A stretch of DNA of 63,313 nt, the filler included, from Hyphochytrium catenoides (lineage: Eukaryota > Protista > Hyphochytriomycota): the NCBI GenBank assembly GCA_900088475.1. It is 12 parts of 12 records of this genome, joined end to end, with 100 filler letters (N's around TTAATTAATTAA, not from the genome) between each part and the next. Parts side by side here need not be neighbours in the genome. Positions count along the whole stretch, not along the records: positions 27,281 to 44,642 come from FLMG01002758.1; 11 more parts are not named here. One strand, given 5' to 3'. The notes below the pieces were generated by a model. The model was not told the DNA's origin. It worked only from the letters and a program-made list of their open reading frames with translations, and searched no databases. A program made the position numbers and the translations under genes. Positions 27,181 through 40,222 of the stretch are shown piece by piece (the stretch's first letter is position 1; every line of letters begins with the position of its first letter).

Positions 27181-27280
27181 NNNNNNNNNNNNNNNNNNNN
27201 NNNNNNNNNNNNNNNNNNNNNNNNTTAATTAATTAANNNNNNNNNNNNNNNNNNNNNNNNNNNNNNNNNNNNNNNNNNNN

Positions 27281-28071
27281 TCGTCCTCACAGGAGCCGCC
27301 GGTGCTGGCGCGGCAGCGTCTCTTGTCGTCGGCGCCGTAGAAGGTGTCGCTTGGGCACTTGATACTCTTGCCACTGCATTTCTCTTCCCTGTCACAGATG
27401 GAGACTGGTGCGCGGCAGACGTGGTCTGCGGACTGGAAGCCATCATCAGGGCAGGTGGCGCTGTCTCCCGTGCAGAGCTCAGCCACGTCACAGACGTCAC
27501 AGGCTGGGCGGCAGACTCTGTCCTTGCCATAGAAAGTACCATCAGACTTGCAGCAGACATTCTTGGGGTCGAGAGGGTCACATCTTCCCGCTGGCGGAGG
27601 TGTCGTCGTCGGCGCTGGTGGTGTGCCTTCTTTGGCACAGCAGACCTTGTCATTGTCACTGTTCCCGTCCTGGATGCAGATGCTTCCTTGCATGATCCCT
27701 GCAGGACAGACGCCGCCGTCGCACTGGACAATGCCCCAGCACTTCAGTCCTCCGTTTCCTGGTTGGCAGTCATCTGAGAATTTCTTGCAGGTGAAGCCCG
27801 CGGGACAGTTCCCTGTGCCGCCAGGAGCGCCGTTGCAGACTACTTTGCTTCCATCAGGACAGTTGCTAGAGCCTGTCTTTCCTGCTGCGTCGCCTGCGAG
27901 ACAGATGTCCGTGGAGTCGAGACAGCTGGTGCAGTCTTTGTTAGCGATGCCGCCCTGACAGGTGCCGACAGGGAAGAGCTTAGGGCTAAGGCACGCATCT
28001 AAGGATCCGGAGGCGCTCACGGTGGACAGAGCCGCGAAAAGAGAAGCAGCGAAGAGAGGAAGCTTCATCAT
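27281..28071 (-). CDS. Secreted cysteine-rich protein with tandem disintegrin-like repeats (3' end cut by linker)
   Basis: Signal peptide MMKLPLFAASLFAALSTVSA; Pro/Thr linker; repeats CR.....CD..E.C.G.S..CP.D (twice, third starting); intronless. Confidence 0.85.
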
Positions 28072-30020
28072 GTTTCTCTCTCTAGTTTCTTGGTCTTATC
28101 TTCCTTCTTTCCTGGCGGTGGAGATAGAAGCTAGTTGGACGTCAGCGCCGACTCGTAAATCTGAGAATGAAAGTGGAAGAAGAAGACTGAACAGGGGAAA
28201 GGTAGTGAAGAAGAGAGGACGATGTCCGTCCACCAGGGAAGGAGCGAGAGGAGAAAAACAGCTGATAGCTGTCGTTACGGTGTGTGGGAGAGGAGGGAGA
28301 GAATGAAGGAGAGAGAGTGGGAAGGAAGAGAAAGAGAAGAGGAAAGAGAGAAGAGTGAGGAGAGAGAGAAACGAGATGTCTCCAGGGTCAGCTGCGTAAG
28401 GCGAGAGAGGAAGTACCAAGAGACACTTCTGTTTTGAGGGAGATCATCCTAGCTTTCTATAGCGTCATCCGCCGATGAGAAGACCAGCCTTCTCCTCCGC
28501 CTAGCCTGAGACTAAGGGAGCTCACCATGGAACAAGGGCCAAGAAGGTAACCAGCGACTGTCTTCTTCGTCCTTCTCTCTTCTTCTGCTGCTGTTCTTTG
28601 CCTTTTCCTCTCACATGGCTCCTGTCTGTCTTTCCTGAACCTGGTCGTCTCCTCTCTCTATTTTCTCCTCCTCCCTGCTTGCTCTTCTATCTTTCTTCTC
28701 CCAATGGTCCGTCCCTGTATGACTCCGACCGGCCATCCTTCCTCCCTGAGGACAAGGGACAAGGGAAATCATGGAGGAGAAGGAAGAGGAAGAAGTATCA
28801 AAACCATACGTTGCGTCTCCTTCTTCGTCTGCTGGCCAATCCTTCCTCTTACTTACTTTTGGCGCCTCTCCTTAACACTCTCTCCCTTGTCTCTCTCTCT
28901 CTCTCTAACTCTCTCTCTCTCTCTTGAGATCGCTGCCTGGCATGCTGCTATGATGTTGTGCGCTTCACTCCTCCACCCTTTCGATCGAGGATCTTGACCA
29001 CACTCTCTTTGCCCTTCTAAACTATGTCTCTATCTTGTTATCCTCTTCTACTATGTGCTGGTCTATCCTGTTGACTTGCTGCTCGCAGCGGCAGCGACCA
29101 TGGAGAGAGAGAGCTAACTCTATGTGGCAGCAGCAAGGCTTGCACGTTGTCATCTTCTTCTGCTGCTGGTTGCCTCTTCGTCCTCGTGTATCGAGTCTTC
29201 TTGTTATTAGCTGTCGTGCCGCTTCTTCTCATATCTTTCTGGTCTCCTTCTTCTTGCTTCTGTTGCTGTTTCCTCGTTCGTCTCGTGTCTGTCTCAACCC
29301 CCGCGCGCATCATGAGGGCAGAAGAGCTCTTCTCTTCTTCTTCAGTTTATGGTGCATAGAGAGAGAGAGAGACGGAACAGAGGCGACGCAGGAGAAGGCG
29401 CTCACTATGAGGGCCCCGGCAGCAGCAGGAAGAAGTAGCACGCAGGCAGAAAGGAGAGAGATTGACGCGCTGGCCTAGAAAAAACGAAGAAGAGTCCTGA
29501 CGATGGACTTTGGAAAGACGGACAACGAGGCTCTAGACAGAGTAGTTCTAGTAAAGGACGGCAACAGGAGAGTGGAACGACCAGGAGAGGAGTGAAGATA
29601 TAATACACCGAGAAAGGCGAAGAGACAGAAGAGTAGAGAGAGAGATTATAAAGAGAGACAGAGAGAGGGAGACAGGATGGAGAGACTGGAAAGAGAGTGA
29701 GGTGAGAGAGGGGGAAGAAGAGAGAGAGAGAGACCAAGAGCACAAATAGAAAAGAGGGAGAAAAAGAAAGAGAGAGAGAGAGATGGGGAGAGAGAGAGAT
29801 GGAGAGATGGAGAGAGAGAGAGAAAAAGAGAGAGAGAGAAAGAGATGGGGAGAGAGAGCGAGAGAGAGAAAGGGAAAGGACTAGAGGCCAAGCGAAACCC
29901 CGAAGGGCCTAATATTTCTACTGTTTTATGGCGTCAACACCGTCCAGATTACTACTAAATTTATTCCCTTGAAATATCAGCTATCCCTCCAAATTGCCGT
30001 ATTACTACTACTAGAGTGGG

Positions 30021-30034
30021 TGGGACCGGTCCCA
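30021..30034. promoter_or_regulatory. Perfect 14-bp palindrome TGGGACCGGTCCCA in a repeat-free island at a GA-to-CT switch
   Basis: Palindrome seen directly; near copy GGGTACCGGTCCC at ~33102-33114 in a similar context; regulatory role is inference. Confidence 0.3.
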
Positions 30035-30204
30035 TCCGCCCGGCCTAAAACAGTACTGGCCGAATGCTAAACCGGACTTATTTCCTCATAGGCTCGTTAT
30101 CCTTAAGGTATAGACATTCCGAATGAACCAAAGGGTGTCTGAGTATGGTTATTGCCTGGAGTCTTTCTCCTCCTTTTCTGTCTCTCTCTTTCTCCTCTCT
30201 CTGT

Positions 30205-30375
30205 TCCCGTCTTTTCTGTCTCTCTCTCTTCTGTCTCCCTCTCTTCTGTCTCCCTCTCTTCTGTCTCCCTCTCTTCTGTCTCTCTGCATTCTGTCTCTCT
30301 GCCTTCTGTCTCTAGCGTTCTGTCTCTAGCCGTTCTGTCTCTAGCCCTTCTGTCTCTCTCTCTTCTGTCTCTCTC
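30205..30375. repeat. 15-bp minisatellite (ctctcttctgtctcc)n, degenerating rightwards
   Basis: About 10 copies with a TCTGTCTC core at 15-nt period. Confidence 0.8.
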
Positions 30376-32977
30376 CCTTTTCCCTCCTGTGACTCTCTTT
30401 CTTTCTCTATCGTCTTTCCCCAGTTTCTCTTCTGCTTTCCTTCCTTGTCCTGTTGTCTTTCGACATACATCTCTCCTCTCTTCTTCTCTGTACTACTATC
30501 GTCCTTCCTAGAACTCTCTAGGTCTGTTGCACCATCTCTCTCTCTCTCTTCTTCTCTCTCTCTCTCTCTGCTGGTGGGTGGCAGGTGTCTCTTCCTCCGG
30601 CGTACACTGCTCATAATATTTTCTTCTTCTGTTCACCCTGTTCTCTCCATTATCCTTATCTTCTACTCCTTCTTCTTCCCTCATTCTCTTTTCCCAATCG
30701 TCGAACGCTTCTTCTTCTTCTCTCTTGCAGCGCAGCAGTGAGGAAGTCTCACCTGTTTTCCTTTCCTTCAACGAGCATTTCCCTTTTATTATAAATAGTA
30801 GAGTCCAGTCATCATCATCTTTGCTAAATTTTCTTTCTTCTCCTCCTTTGTCCTCGTCTACTTTTCATTATCTTCTTCTTCTTTCATTAGCTCCTTCCCT
30901 TCTTGCATGATGAAGGATCAACAAGGTCCTCTAGCACGATCATCATACATTATCTGCACATCTACTAGTGAACTATAGAAGATAACGAAAATCCTTCGTT
31001 CTTGCTTGTCACTCCTCGTCCACTGTTGGCTTCACCTCAAGTACACGGGATGATCTTACAAAGAAGAAGGCTCGAGCACGCTTTCCGCTATCTTGGCACT
31101 GAGTTCGAGAGTCAACCTCCTGTCGTTGTCTCCCGGAATGGCCAGGCCTCAGTAGTGCAAAGAACAGGAAGAGGAGAGACCACGGAGAAGGAGAATCTAT
31201 AGAAAGTCAAGATGTTTTCTAAATGCAATAAGAGAGAGAGAGAGTGTGAAGAAGTCAACGAGGACGAGCAGCGCTCTCGTCCCTGGGAGCCAATCGTCAC
31301 TCTATATCCCAGGACTACCCTTCCTTCTCTGCTAGTAGAACTTGTACAAGGTTGAAGGACACACCCTTCCTGCCCAGCGACTGCTAGTCGGTTACCATCC
31401 GATCCCATGGCCGCTTGGTCAGTAGAGTTGAAAGAATGACTAGCAAAGAGCACACATAAAGCACCTTTGTTCCTCCTTGTTTTCTTCGTCTTCTTTGGCT
31501 GGGCTGTTTGTTGCCCGCTCCCATAATCTTCGTCAATGCATCATCAAACTCGCCTTAGCGGTTGATTGACAAGGTAGAAGCTCACAACCCTCGACCGACC
31601 AGACAAGAAATAATCCTCTTTTTCTCTTGCATTTGAGCTGGTCACCGTGACTGTCCTGGACAATCCACTCGTACGAGTTAGCTTAGTATTACCCCGTCTT
31701 TCTAGAAAGATAAGGGACTCTTTGACAACGACAGCAAGGACAGCACCAAGAGAAAGAAGGATAAGAACTGTCTGTTCCAGAGGAAGGATCTCTTTGTTAC
31801 CTGATTCCCTCGATCAGCTGCTGCCTTTTTGCAGGCGATGTCGTCTGGGAGAGAGCTCGGTGGTGGGGAACGGAAAGGGTAAAATAACTGACGAAAGAGT
31901 CGAGAAGGAAGGAGAAAAGGCCCGAAAAGCTAAGCTCTTCGCAGCGTGACACACACTTGGAAGAGATCAGGCCTGGAGAAGAAGAGAGGAGAGACTCAGC
32001 ACAGCGCCATCCAACAAACAGGAAGAGACTTTAGGACAAGCCTCTCGTATGGAGAGAAAGACTGAGCGCAAGACAAGTCATGTGAGTAGCGACCTCCTCC
32101 GTCATCTTGGGCTAAGTAGAAGAATAACTACTGATTTCTGGCCTGGTTTCTTCTTCGTCATCCGCCGGCGCGCTGAGGGTTGCTGGAGACTGGAGCATCA
32201 TCCGCGGTCTGTTCTTTCACACAGCTGTGCCATCCATATGACGCGCCCTGTTTCCTCGTTCTTGCCCTGTCTTTTATCTCTGCGACGTTCTCGAAAGTCA
32301 GAGGCTGCCAGAAAGATAACATAGGGTCCGCGCGAGGTAGAGAGCGGAATATGAAGAGAAAGAGAAACGAAGAGGGTTGACAAGTCTTTCTTGTCTTGAC
32401 TCTCAGTATGATTCTCCTTTAATCCATCCAACGCTGCCATCATCCTGTCAACAGCCTTCGAACTTTTTTTGAATGAGTGGTAAGAAGGCAGAGGATGAGA
32501 AGATAGAGAAGAATATACACAGAGAGAAGAGGAGCGGACGAGCAGGCCAACATCTGTTGTACACTTCTCTTCCTTTCATCATCTTCACAATGGCAAGAAG
32601 AAAGGATGGGGAACTATGTTCGAGTATCCCACTAGCGTCCGTCCTCCTCCTCATTCACTTTATTAGTGTTAGGTCATTACCTTTCTTTATCATGTCCACA
32701 ATTGCTCTCTGCGAGTTGAGAGACAGTGAGCAGGAAAGATGCCCAAATGCTTGGATTAGGAAGGAGCTAGAAAGAGAGGAGAACTCCGCTCCTTTTCCCC
32801 TTACACCTTGAAGCGGGTGAAGCTATCGTTCTGCTGTTCATCCTCTTGAAAGAGCTTTCCCGGCTTGTTTAGAAACGGACGAGAGAGATGGGTCCGTGAA
32901 AGGACAAGAGAAAGGACTGTTGATAATATCTCGTGAAAGGCGACATCAGAATACAAAGGTGCAGAGCATTGGGGGAA

Positions 32978-33042
<65 letters not shown>

Positions 33043-34329
33043 GAATTCTCTTTACTACCCTCTTCTTAAAAGTTGCAGGTAAGGGCCAGTTCGCCCTTAT
33101 CGGGTACCGGTCCCTTACTCAGCTGCCATTTTGTCCGTGGCTTCTTTCTGTCTTACGCTCTCTCCTCATTTCAGCTATTCATGAGTCTCCGTTTCTCCTC
33201 CCGCACCAGGCTGTCTGCTCGCTGCTAAAAGGCCTTCCCCGCCAACTATGAACTTTCACATCGTTCACGCCTCTCTCCTTCTCATGATTTTGAGATGGCC
33301 TTGGTCGATCTCGCTCCCGGAGCGGACCCCGCCTCTTCTCGTTCTTTTGACTTTATCTCTATCTTTAGCCTCTTTACCTTTCCTCTCTCCATCCTTTCCA
33401 GCTGCAATCTTCCCGTTTCACCTTTCTGTTCCATCGCCCGTTGCAATAGGGCTGCCCGTCAGAAAGTATATTGATGAAGAGACGAAGGAACAGCAAGGCC
33501 GAAGAGCCTGCGTCGTCCACTATCACTGCTACGAGGCCGAGAGGAGAAAGAGAGAGAATTGCCAAGCACAGAGAGGGGAGAGATGGGAGGACCACACTTA
33601 GAGGCCGGGCGCAATGAACAAGAAGAGAAGGTAAATACAAAAGCGAAGAGAAGAGACAACAAAGACTGATAATATTGACAAGAGAAGAGCTTCCTGGATC
33701 TGGTGGATGGATGGATGGACTTTATGCAGAAGAGGAGAGAATAATAGAGAAAGATAACCGAACAAGGGAGACGAGGGAGCGAAGTGAAATGGGAGAGAGA
33801 AGGGGAGAGAACGGACAGAAGAAGAAAAGAGGAGAGCATTGAACAAGAGGGAGAGAGAGAGATTCAGAGAAACATAATAGACAGCGAGAGAGAAGAAGAA
33901 AGAAAGAAAGAGAGAGAGAGNNNNNNNNNNNNNNNNNNNNNNNNNNNNNNNNNNNNNNNNNNGAGAGAGAGAGAGAGAGAGAGAGAGGACTATGTATTAT
34001 GCTGGGAAGAAGAGGAAAAGAAAAAACAGTAGTGTGTGAGTGCACTGGTTGTAACCACCCAGTCATCACTCGGTAACGTTTCATCAGCTGGGGGGACAAT
34101 TAGGTGCTAACGGCAAGCTACAGGGAAGTCAGAAGGTCAGGAAGTCAGAGCTGCAATAGAGATATGAGAGGTTGCAAGAGAGATCACCGCCCAGAAGCTA
34201 ATAAAATTAGGTGTTCGGTTCTCAAGAGCTACGGCAGGCATCGAGTCAGAGGAAGGGAATATAGATGGGGAAGGAGGGTAGGAAGTATAAGGGGATGCAT
34301 GACGAGGCAAGGTGCTCTGAATGGCGGGA

Positions 34330-34395
<66 letters not shown>

Positions 34396-34519
34396 AAGAA
34401 CGCGCGCGAGAGAGAGAAAAAAAGAGCGCGTGCGAGAGAGAAAGAGCCAGAGATTAAAAGAGACAGAGAGAGAAAAGGGAGGAGAGGAAGTCAGACTGCG
34501 ACAAGCAGAGCAAAAGAGA

Positions 34520-34550
<31 letters not shown>

Positions 34551-34894
34551 GGAAGACTGACAGAGCAAGGAGACAGACATGGAGAGAAGGTTGACCGCAC
34601 AATCCTCCTCGAAGCAGTGAAAGATACGAAAGGAGTGGTTGCAGGTTTGACAAGGGAGACAGACCCAGTGACCAAAACGAAGACAGATCCTCGTCTACTT
34701 TGTCTCGTTATTTCCCACATTCCTCTCTCTCTCTCTCTAAGTTGTTTCTCTCTTTTTCCTTCTCTCTTCTCCTACCAGAGTCGCTGCGAGTGATAGGGTC
34801 AGAAACTCCGATGACTTCTAGTGCATCGTAGTTGTCGTCCCAACAAGCTCCGCACTGGAGAACTCTTCCTTCCCCTTCCTTTGGCGCCCCTCCT

Positions 34895-34933
<39 letters not shown>

Positions 34934-36249
34934 TTCTCACTCTTTGTCTCTTCCCACGTTCTCACTCCTCGTCTCTCTCTCTCTTTTCTCTTTCCTTCCT
35001 CGTGACCGATCAGTGATGGGGGCGCGGAGACGGCGGCGCATCAGCCACTCGTCTGCGTGGTCTTTCCACCGAATCTGGCGGGAATAAACTGAAAAGAACC
35101 CGCCTCCATCTCCATCCAAAGGCAGGAGGAAACTGTTGCTTCACTAGTTGCTCTCTCTCTCTCTCTGTCTCCTCTCTCTCTCTCTTCTCTCTCTCCATTC
35201 TCTCTCTCTTTCTTCGTCCTCCTTTCCAGAGATATGGTTGGCCACTCTTAGGCACTCTTATCCTGGCCGCACATGGAGTTCCATCACATTGTCTCTTTCA
35301 TACTTATTGGGCTTCTCGTGTCATTCTTCTTCTACTTTTTTCTCTCTCCGCTCGCCGATCTCTCTCTCTCTCTGGGTCTCTCGCTGATTTCTCTCTCTCG
35401 GTCTCTGGTTGATTTGTTCCCTCTCTCTGCCTCTTTCTCTTTTTTCCTCTCCCTTTCTCTCTCTCTGCTGCCTGCCTCTTTCTCTTTCTGCTGCCTTTCC
35501 TCTTTCCTTCTCCTCTCTCTCTCTCTCTCTNNNNNNNNNNNNNNNNNNNNNNNNNNNNNCCCTCCTCTCTCTCTCTCTCTCTCTCTTTTTCTTTCTCCCT
35601 CTCTCTGGTTGTCTTCTTGTCTTCTTTCCTCCTCCTCCATTTGACTGCGATGATTACACTGCACGGCATGTGCAACTTGTTTGTTCTTATCCTCTCTGTA
35701 TCTCTTTCTCTTTCGATTGTAAGAGAGAGAGAGAGAATCCTTGCTTCTTTCCTCGTCTCTCTCTTGCAGGTCTCTACAATTGACTGCGCGGGCAGATGAT
35801 CATGGAGGAGAGAGAGCAATTGAAGCTCATGACCAAAGCGAGGGAAAGAAGCCTGTTGTTAAGAGTCGACCAACAAGAGAGAAAGAGGAGAGACAATCCG
35901 ACAGCACCAGCGAGAGAGAGAGAAGGAAAGAGAGGGATCATGACGACCAGGCCCGCTAATCCAATTTTTAGATGTTGCCAGGTAACAAAAAAGAAGTGCC
36001 GACACCGTCCTTTCTGCCATCAATTCCTGCTGCCCAACGTGAGGATGAGTTGGTGTGTCTGCTCTCTCTCATTCACCGTCTCTCTCTCTCTCTCTCTCTC
36101 AATTTCCTTCTCTCTCTCTCTTCTCCCTGTAACTCCTCTTCTTCCATCCTCTCCTAAGCGCTTCAAGCAGATCTTGCGCCCATCATCTTCTGCCCCTCTC
36201 ATTTTCCAATCTTCCTCCGTCCCCTCGAGCAGCGCCAGACATACCAGAA

Positions 36250-36295
<46 letters not shown>

Positions 36296-36302
36296 ATCAA
36301 TA

Positions 36303-36947
36303 ATGAAGCTCTTCAGCGTCCTTTCCTCTCTCTCTCTCTCTCTTCTTCTCTCTCTCTCTGCCTCCGCTGCCCAGGAGGCAACCACCTCCTCTCCGCCTCC
36401 GTCCGACAAGGTGGATATCGCGCTCTTGACGGTCAACGGCTCAGGTTGCCCTCCAGGATCCGCCACGATCGCTGTCTCTCCTGACAACACGGCCTTCACC
36501 GTCACGTACAGCAAATATATGGCGGCTGCAGGCTTCGGTGTGAGCCCCATGGACGGGAGAAAGAACTGTCAGCTTGCCCTGCGCGTCCGTGTGCCTCAAG
36601 GCTTTACCTACGCTGTCGTGCAGGCGGATTATCGTGGCTATGCCTCGCTTGCCCAGGGCGCCAAAGGTCTTCAGCGGGCCAACTATTACTTCCAAGGCCA
36701 GTCTGCCACGGCTTTCATGGACCATCCTCTGGAAGGACCTTACGACGACAGCTGGCAGAACACGGACAAGACTGACGCAGCAGCAACGGTCTTTGCTCCC
36801 TGTGGAGAGCTGCGCAACCTGAACATCAACACGGAGTTGAGGGTGAACAAGGGCACTGCGGATCCCAACGCGGTGAGCTATATGAGCATGGACTCGACGG
36901 ATGGGGACATCAAGACCATCTACCGCTTCCAATGGAAGCAGTGCTAA
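36303..36947 (+). CDS. Secreted DUF4360 family protein (214 aa), actinobacterial-like
   Basis: VNGSGCPPG, SPDNTAFTVTYS, RKNCQL...VPQGFTYA, DYRGYA.L, YYFQG, APCG..RNLNINTELRV, MDSTDG, W..C; signal peptide from ATG 36303; intronless. Confidence 0.92.
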   Translation: MKLFSVLSSLSLSLLLSLSASAAQEATTSSPPPSDKVDIALLTVNGSGCPPGSATIAVSPDNTAFTVTYSKYMAAAGFGVSPMDGRKNCQLALRVRVPQGFTYAVVQADYRGYASLAQGAKGLQRANYYFQGQSATAFMDHPLEGPYDDSWQNTDKTDAAATVFAPCGELRNLNINTELRVNKGTADPNAVSYMSMDSTDGDIKTIYRFQWKQC

Positions 36948-38547
36948 GCAGCGGGATGAAGAGAAAAAGACGCCGGGAGAGAGAAGAAGGGGAGACGAGA
37001 GAGAAAGAGAAGAGAGAGAAACGGGAAGGGAGAAGAGAAGCAAAATGGACGTGGACGTACGCTTAGAGAACGTGAGGTTAGCTGCTGCTTGGCTTTGAAT
37101 CATCCTTCTCCAGGCGGCTCCGGTCCCACTTTTGACAAGAAAGTGCCCTTCTTCTGCTTTGTCTTTCTCTTTCCTTGCTAATCTCTCTTATCAGGGCCTT
37201 TTGGCCTCTTTTTCTCTCTTTCTTCTTTCTTCTCTCACTGGTCTCGTCATGATTCTCTTTCCTCTGCTCCCTCATCACCTCTGGCACCACCGTCAGTTCC
37301 CAAGGCGTCCGCCTGTCCTCCTCCCTCGTTTTTTCTTTAAAATGCACTCTTTCTTTCCTTGTTTTCCTTCTCTTCTGCCTTTTCTTTCTCTCTCAGCAGC
37401 TTGTGAAGCCTTCTACCCGCTGGCATCTCTAGCGCTAAAGCTCTTTTACTAAGAAAAAATCATTTTTATAAAAAAGAGAGAAGATGGCCGACGATTCCGT
37501 CGATGACCTTGTCTTCGCCTTTCTTTTTCTCTCTCTCTCTCTCTCCCTCTATCACTCTCTCCTCCCTTCCGTCTTGAGCCCGTATATATGATGTCTCTCC
37601 TCTTTCTTGACAGAGGCAGTGCTTTCTGTTCTTGGTTTGCTGTTCCCTGTCCTCAGCAGGAATCTATTGTCATCAAGCCCTGCTTTTCTCTTTTTGGATG
37701 TCTCTCTCTCTTGTTCTTTCCGTCTCACAACGAACCTGCTACTGCTGCACGATGGTGTCTCCCTCTGAGGCGATGGTGTACGATGATGCAGCTGCACTGG
37801 CCAAAGTCCTTCCTCCCGCTGCTGATAATAGTGGAGGATGATGGCAAAAGAGAGAGAGAGAAGACGAAGCAGACAAGAGATAATAGTCTAGTCGTGCGCT
37901 AAGAGAAGAAGAGTAAGAGAAAAGGCAACGAGAGAGAGAGAGACAGTGCGAGAGAGCGTCGTCGTCAGAGGAATATCATCATCGCACTTTTCTTCATGCT
38001 TAGCCTTCTCTTCTCCTCTTTTTTTCTTTCCTCTTGTCCGTCTCTTCTTACTTCTTCTCCCTTAACTCGTCGGCCCGGTCCAGTACGCAGCAGGCAGGGA
38101 GTTCCAAGAGGAGGAGGGAGAAGCAGCAAGAAAGATCGAGCAAAGAGAAAGACAAATGAAGAAGAAAGAGTCGCTTTAACTCATGACCGCCGGACAACAT
38201 ACAAGGGAAGGACGGAAGGAGGAAGAGAGAGAGACCCTCCTCCTGGTGGCAATGAGAAAAACGGCGTAAGTAGCTGGCAGGTGATGATGATGGTGGGAGG
38301 AAGAGAGTAAGCAGCAATCTCTTCTTCTTTGTGTTCTCTTCTTTTTCTTGTTAATCCTCCTCCGTCTCTTCTTCTCCTCCGCCTCCGCCTCACCATCTTT
38401 CTTAACCTCCCTCCGTCGTTTCCTGGCTATGGAAGGAAGACGATGATGATGAGACGGTTAGCAGCGCAGGGAGACAAGGAGGAAGAAGGAGGAGAAGCAA
38501 GAGAGAGAAGAGAAAGTAGAGGAAGAAGGAGAGAGAAAGCGAAAAGA

Positions 38548-38613
<66 letters not shown>

Positions 38614-38932
38614 GAGAGAGAAGAAGAGGATGTCCTTTCCTTCCTCCGTTTGTCTTTCTTGTCATCTGGAAGCGAAACTTTCTGGAAACCTTACTATGCA
38701 GGAAATGAAATAATGTAGGCGCTTGACGGACAGAGTAAGTTACTAGTTAGAGGCCTTGGCAGAGCATTGTGTTTGTTTCAAAGTTCTATTCCATTGTTTC
38801 TTGCTGTATTCTTTCAATTTTTGGAGTCCGTATCTCATGTTCCCAGGGAAAGAAAGAGAAAGAGAAACACAGAGAGAGAGAAACAGAGAGATGGACAGAG
38901 GGAAGGAGAGACAGCGAGAGAGAGAGAGAGAA

Positions 38933-38975
<43 letters not shown>

Positions 38976-40132
38976 GAGAGGGAGAGAGAGAGAGAGAGGG
39001 AAAAGAGAGAAACAGTAGTTCCTACGACTATTAGTAGTTCTACTAGTACTAGTAGCGAGCAGAGCCAACGAAGAAGATCAAGAAAGTCTTGGATACCATA
39101 GGAAGAGAAAAGAAGCTCGTTCGCAAGCTTCTTTTCCTTCTTTTCTCTCTTTGCTTCCCTTTCTTCCTTGCTGCTCCATCTCCTCCTCCCATCATTAGAG
39201 GACGGACTCTTTCTCTCTCTCTCTCTCTCTCTCTCCCTACCAAGAGAAGAAGAGATTCGAGGATGAGGTTAGCATTTGGAAAGCCGAGCTTCTTTTCCTC
39301 TTTTCTCTCTCTCCCTCTCTTTCTTTCACGCTCGCCCGCCTATTATTCTCTCTCTCTCTCGCTGTCTCTCTCCGTCGTCTCTCTCTTCTCTCTCTGTCTG
39401 TCTGTCCCTCTCCTCTCTCTCTCTTTTCTCCCTTTTTCCTTCTCCTTTTGCTCGCTGTCCTCTCTCGATCTCTCTTCCCTTATATCTCTGTCTGTCTTTC
39501 AGAGTTTCTGTTTTCTTCTTCCCTCTTTTTTGGTTGCTTCTTCTTTTCTATTGCTCGCTTTCGCTTCTTTCGTCTTTTCCTCCTTTCTCTCTCTTTCCCC
39601 CTTCGAATCTCTCCCCTTTTCTCTTCTCTCCTTAATGAGACTCGTCTCTCTCTTATCCATCATAATAAATAATGGAGCAGACTCTTTGCTTGACATGCAA
39701 TCACCGTCCGCAGAAGGGCAGTCTCTTCCCAAGCCGAAGGCTTCTTCTAACAGTAGAGAAGAGAAGAGGAGAGGAGAGAAGAGAGAGAGAGAGAGGAGAA
39801 GAGAGAGAGAGAGAGANNNNNNNNNNNNNNNNNNNNNNNNNNNNNNNNNNNNNNNNNNNNNNNNNNNNAGAGACGGCAAGACAAGGAGAAAGCTGTATTA
39901 CTGAAGAACAGACGACAGCAAACCATCAGACAGCACTCAGTGGAAGAAGAGAGACCATTCGAAGGGCGACACTCGCTGTTTCTTGATCCGCATCTGCTGC
40001 TGCCGCTGAGCCCTTGGAGGAGAGACACGACAGCAGTCACTTTGCCTTTTGAAGAGCAGAAGAGAGAGAGAGAGCGCCTGCTACAGCGGCCAAACTATCT
40101 AAACCGTCCTCTCTTCTCTCTGCCTCGTGCGT

Positions 40133-40175
<43 letters not shown>

Positions 40176-40222
40176 CTTTCGATCCGTCCAGCAGCAGCGG
40201 TAAGCAGCAGAAAAAATAGACG

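Noticed and set aside
27181-27280. Disintegrin gene as cargo of the pPolB element
   Set aside because: Separated by an artificial linker; adjacency unsupported
35796-36302. 169-aa N-terminal extension of the DUF4360 ORF
   Set aside because: Low-complexity microsatellite read-through; ATG 36303 gives a signal peptide and the expected family length
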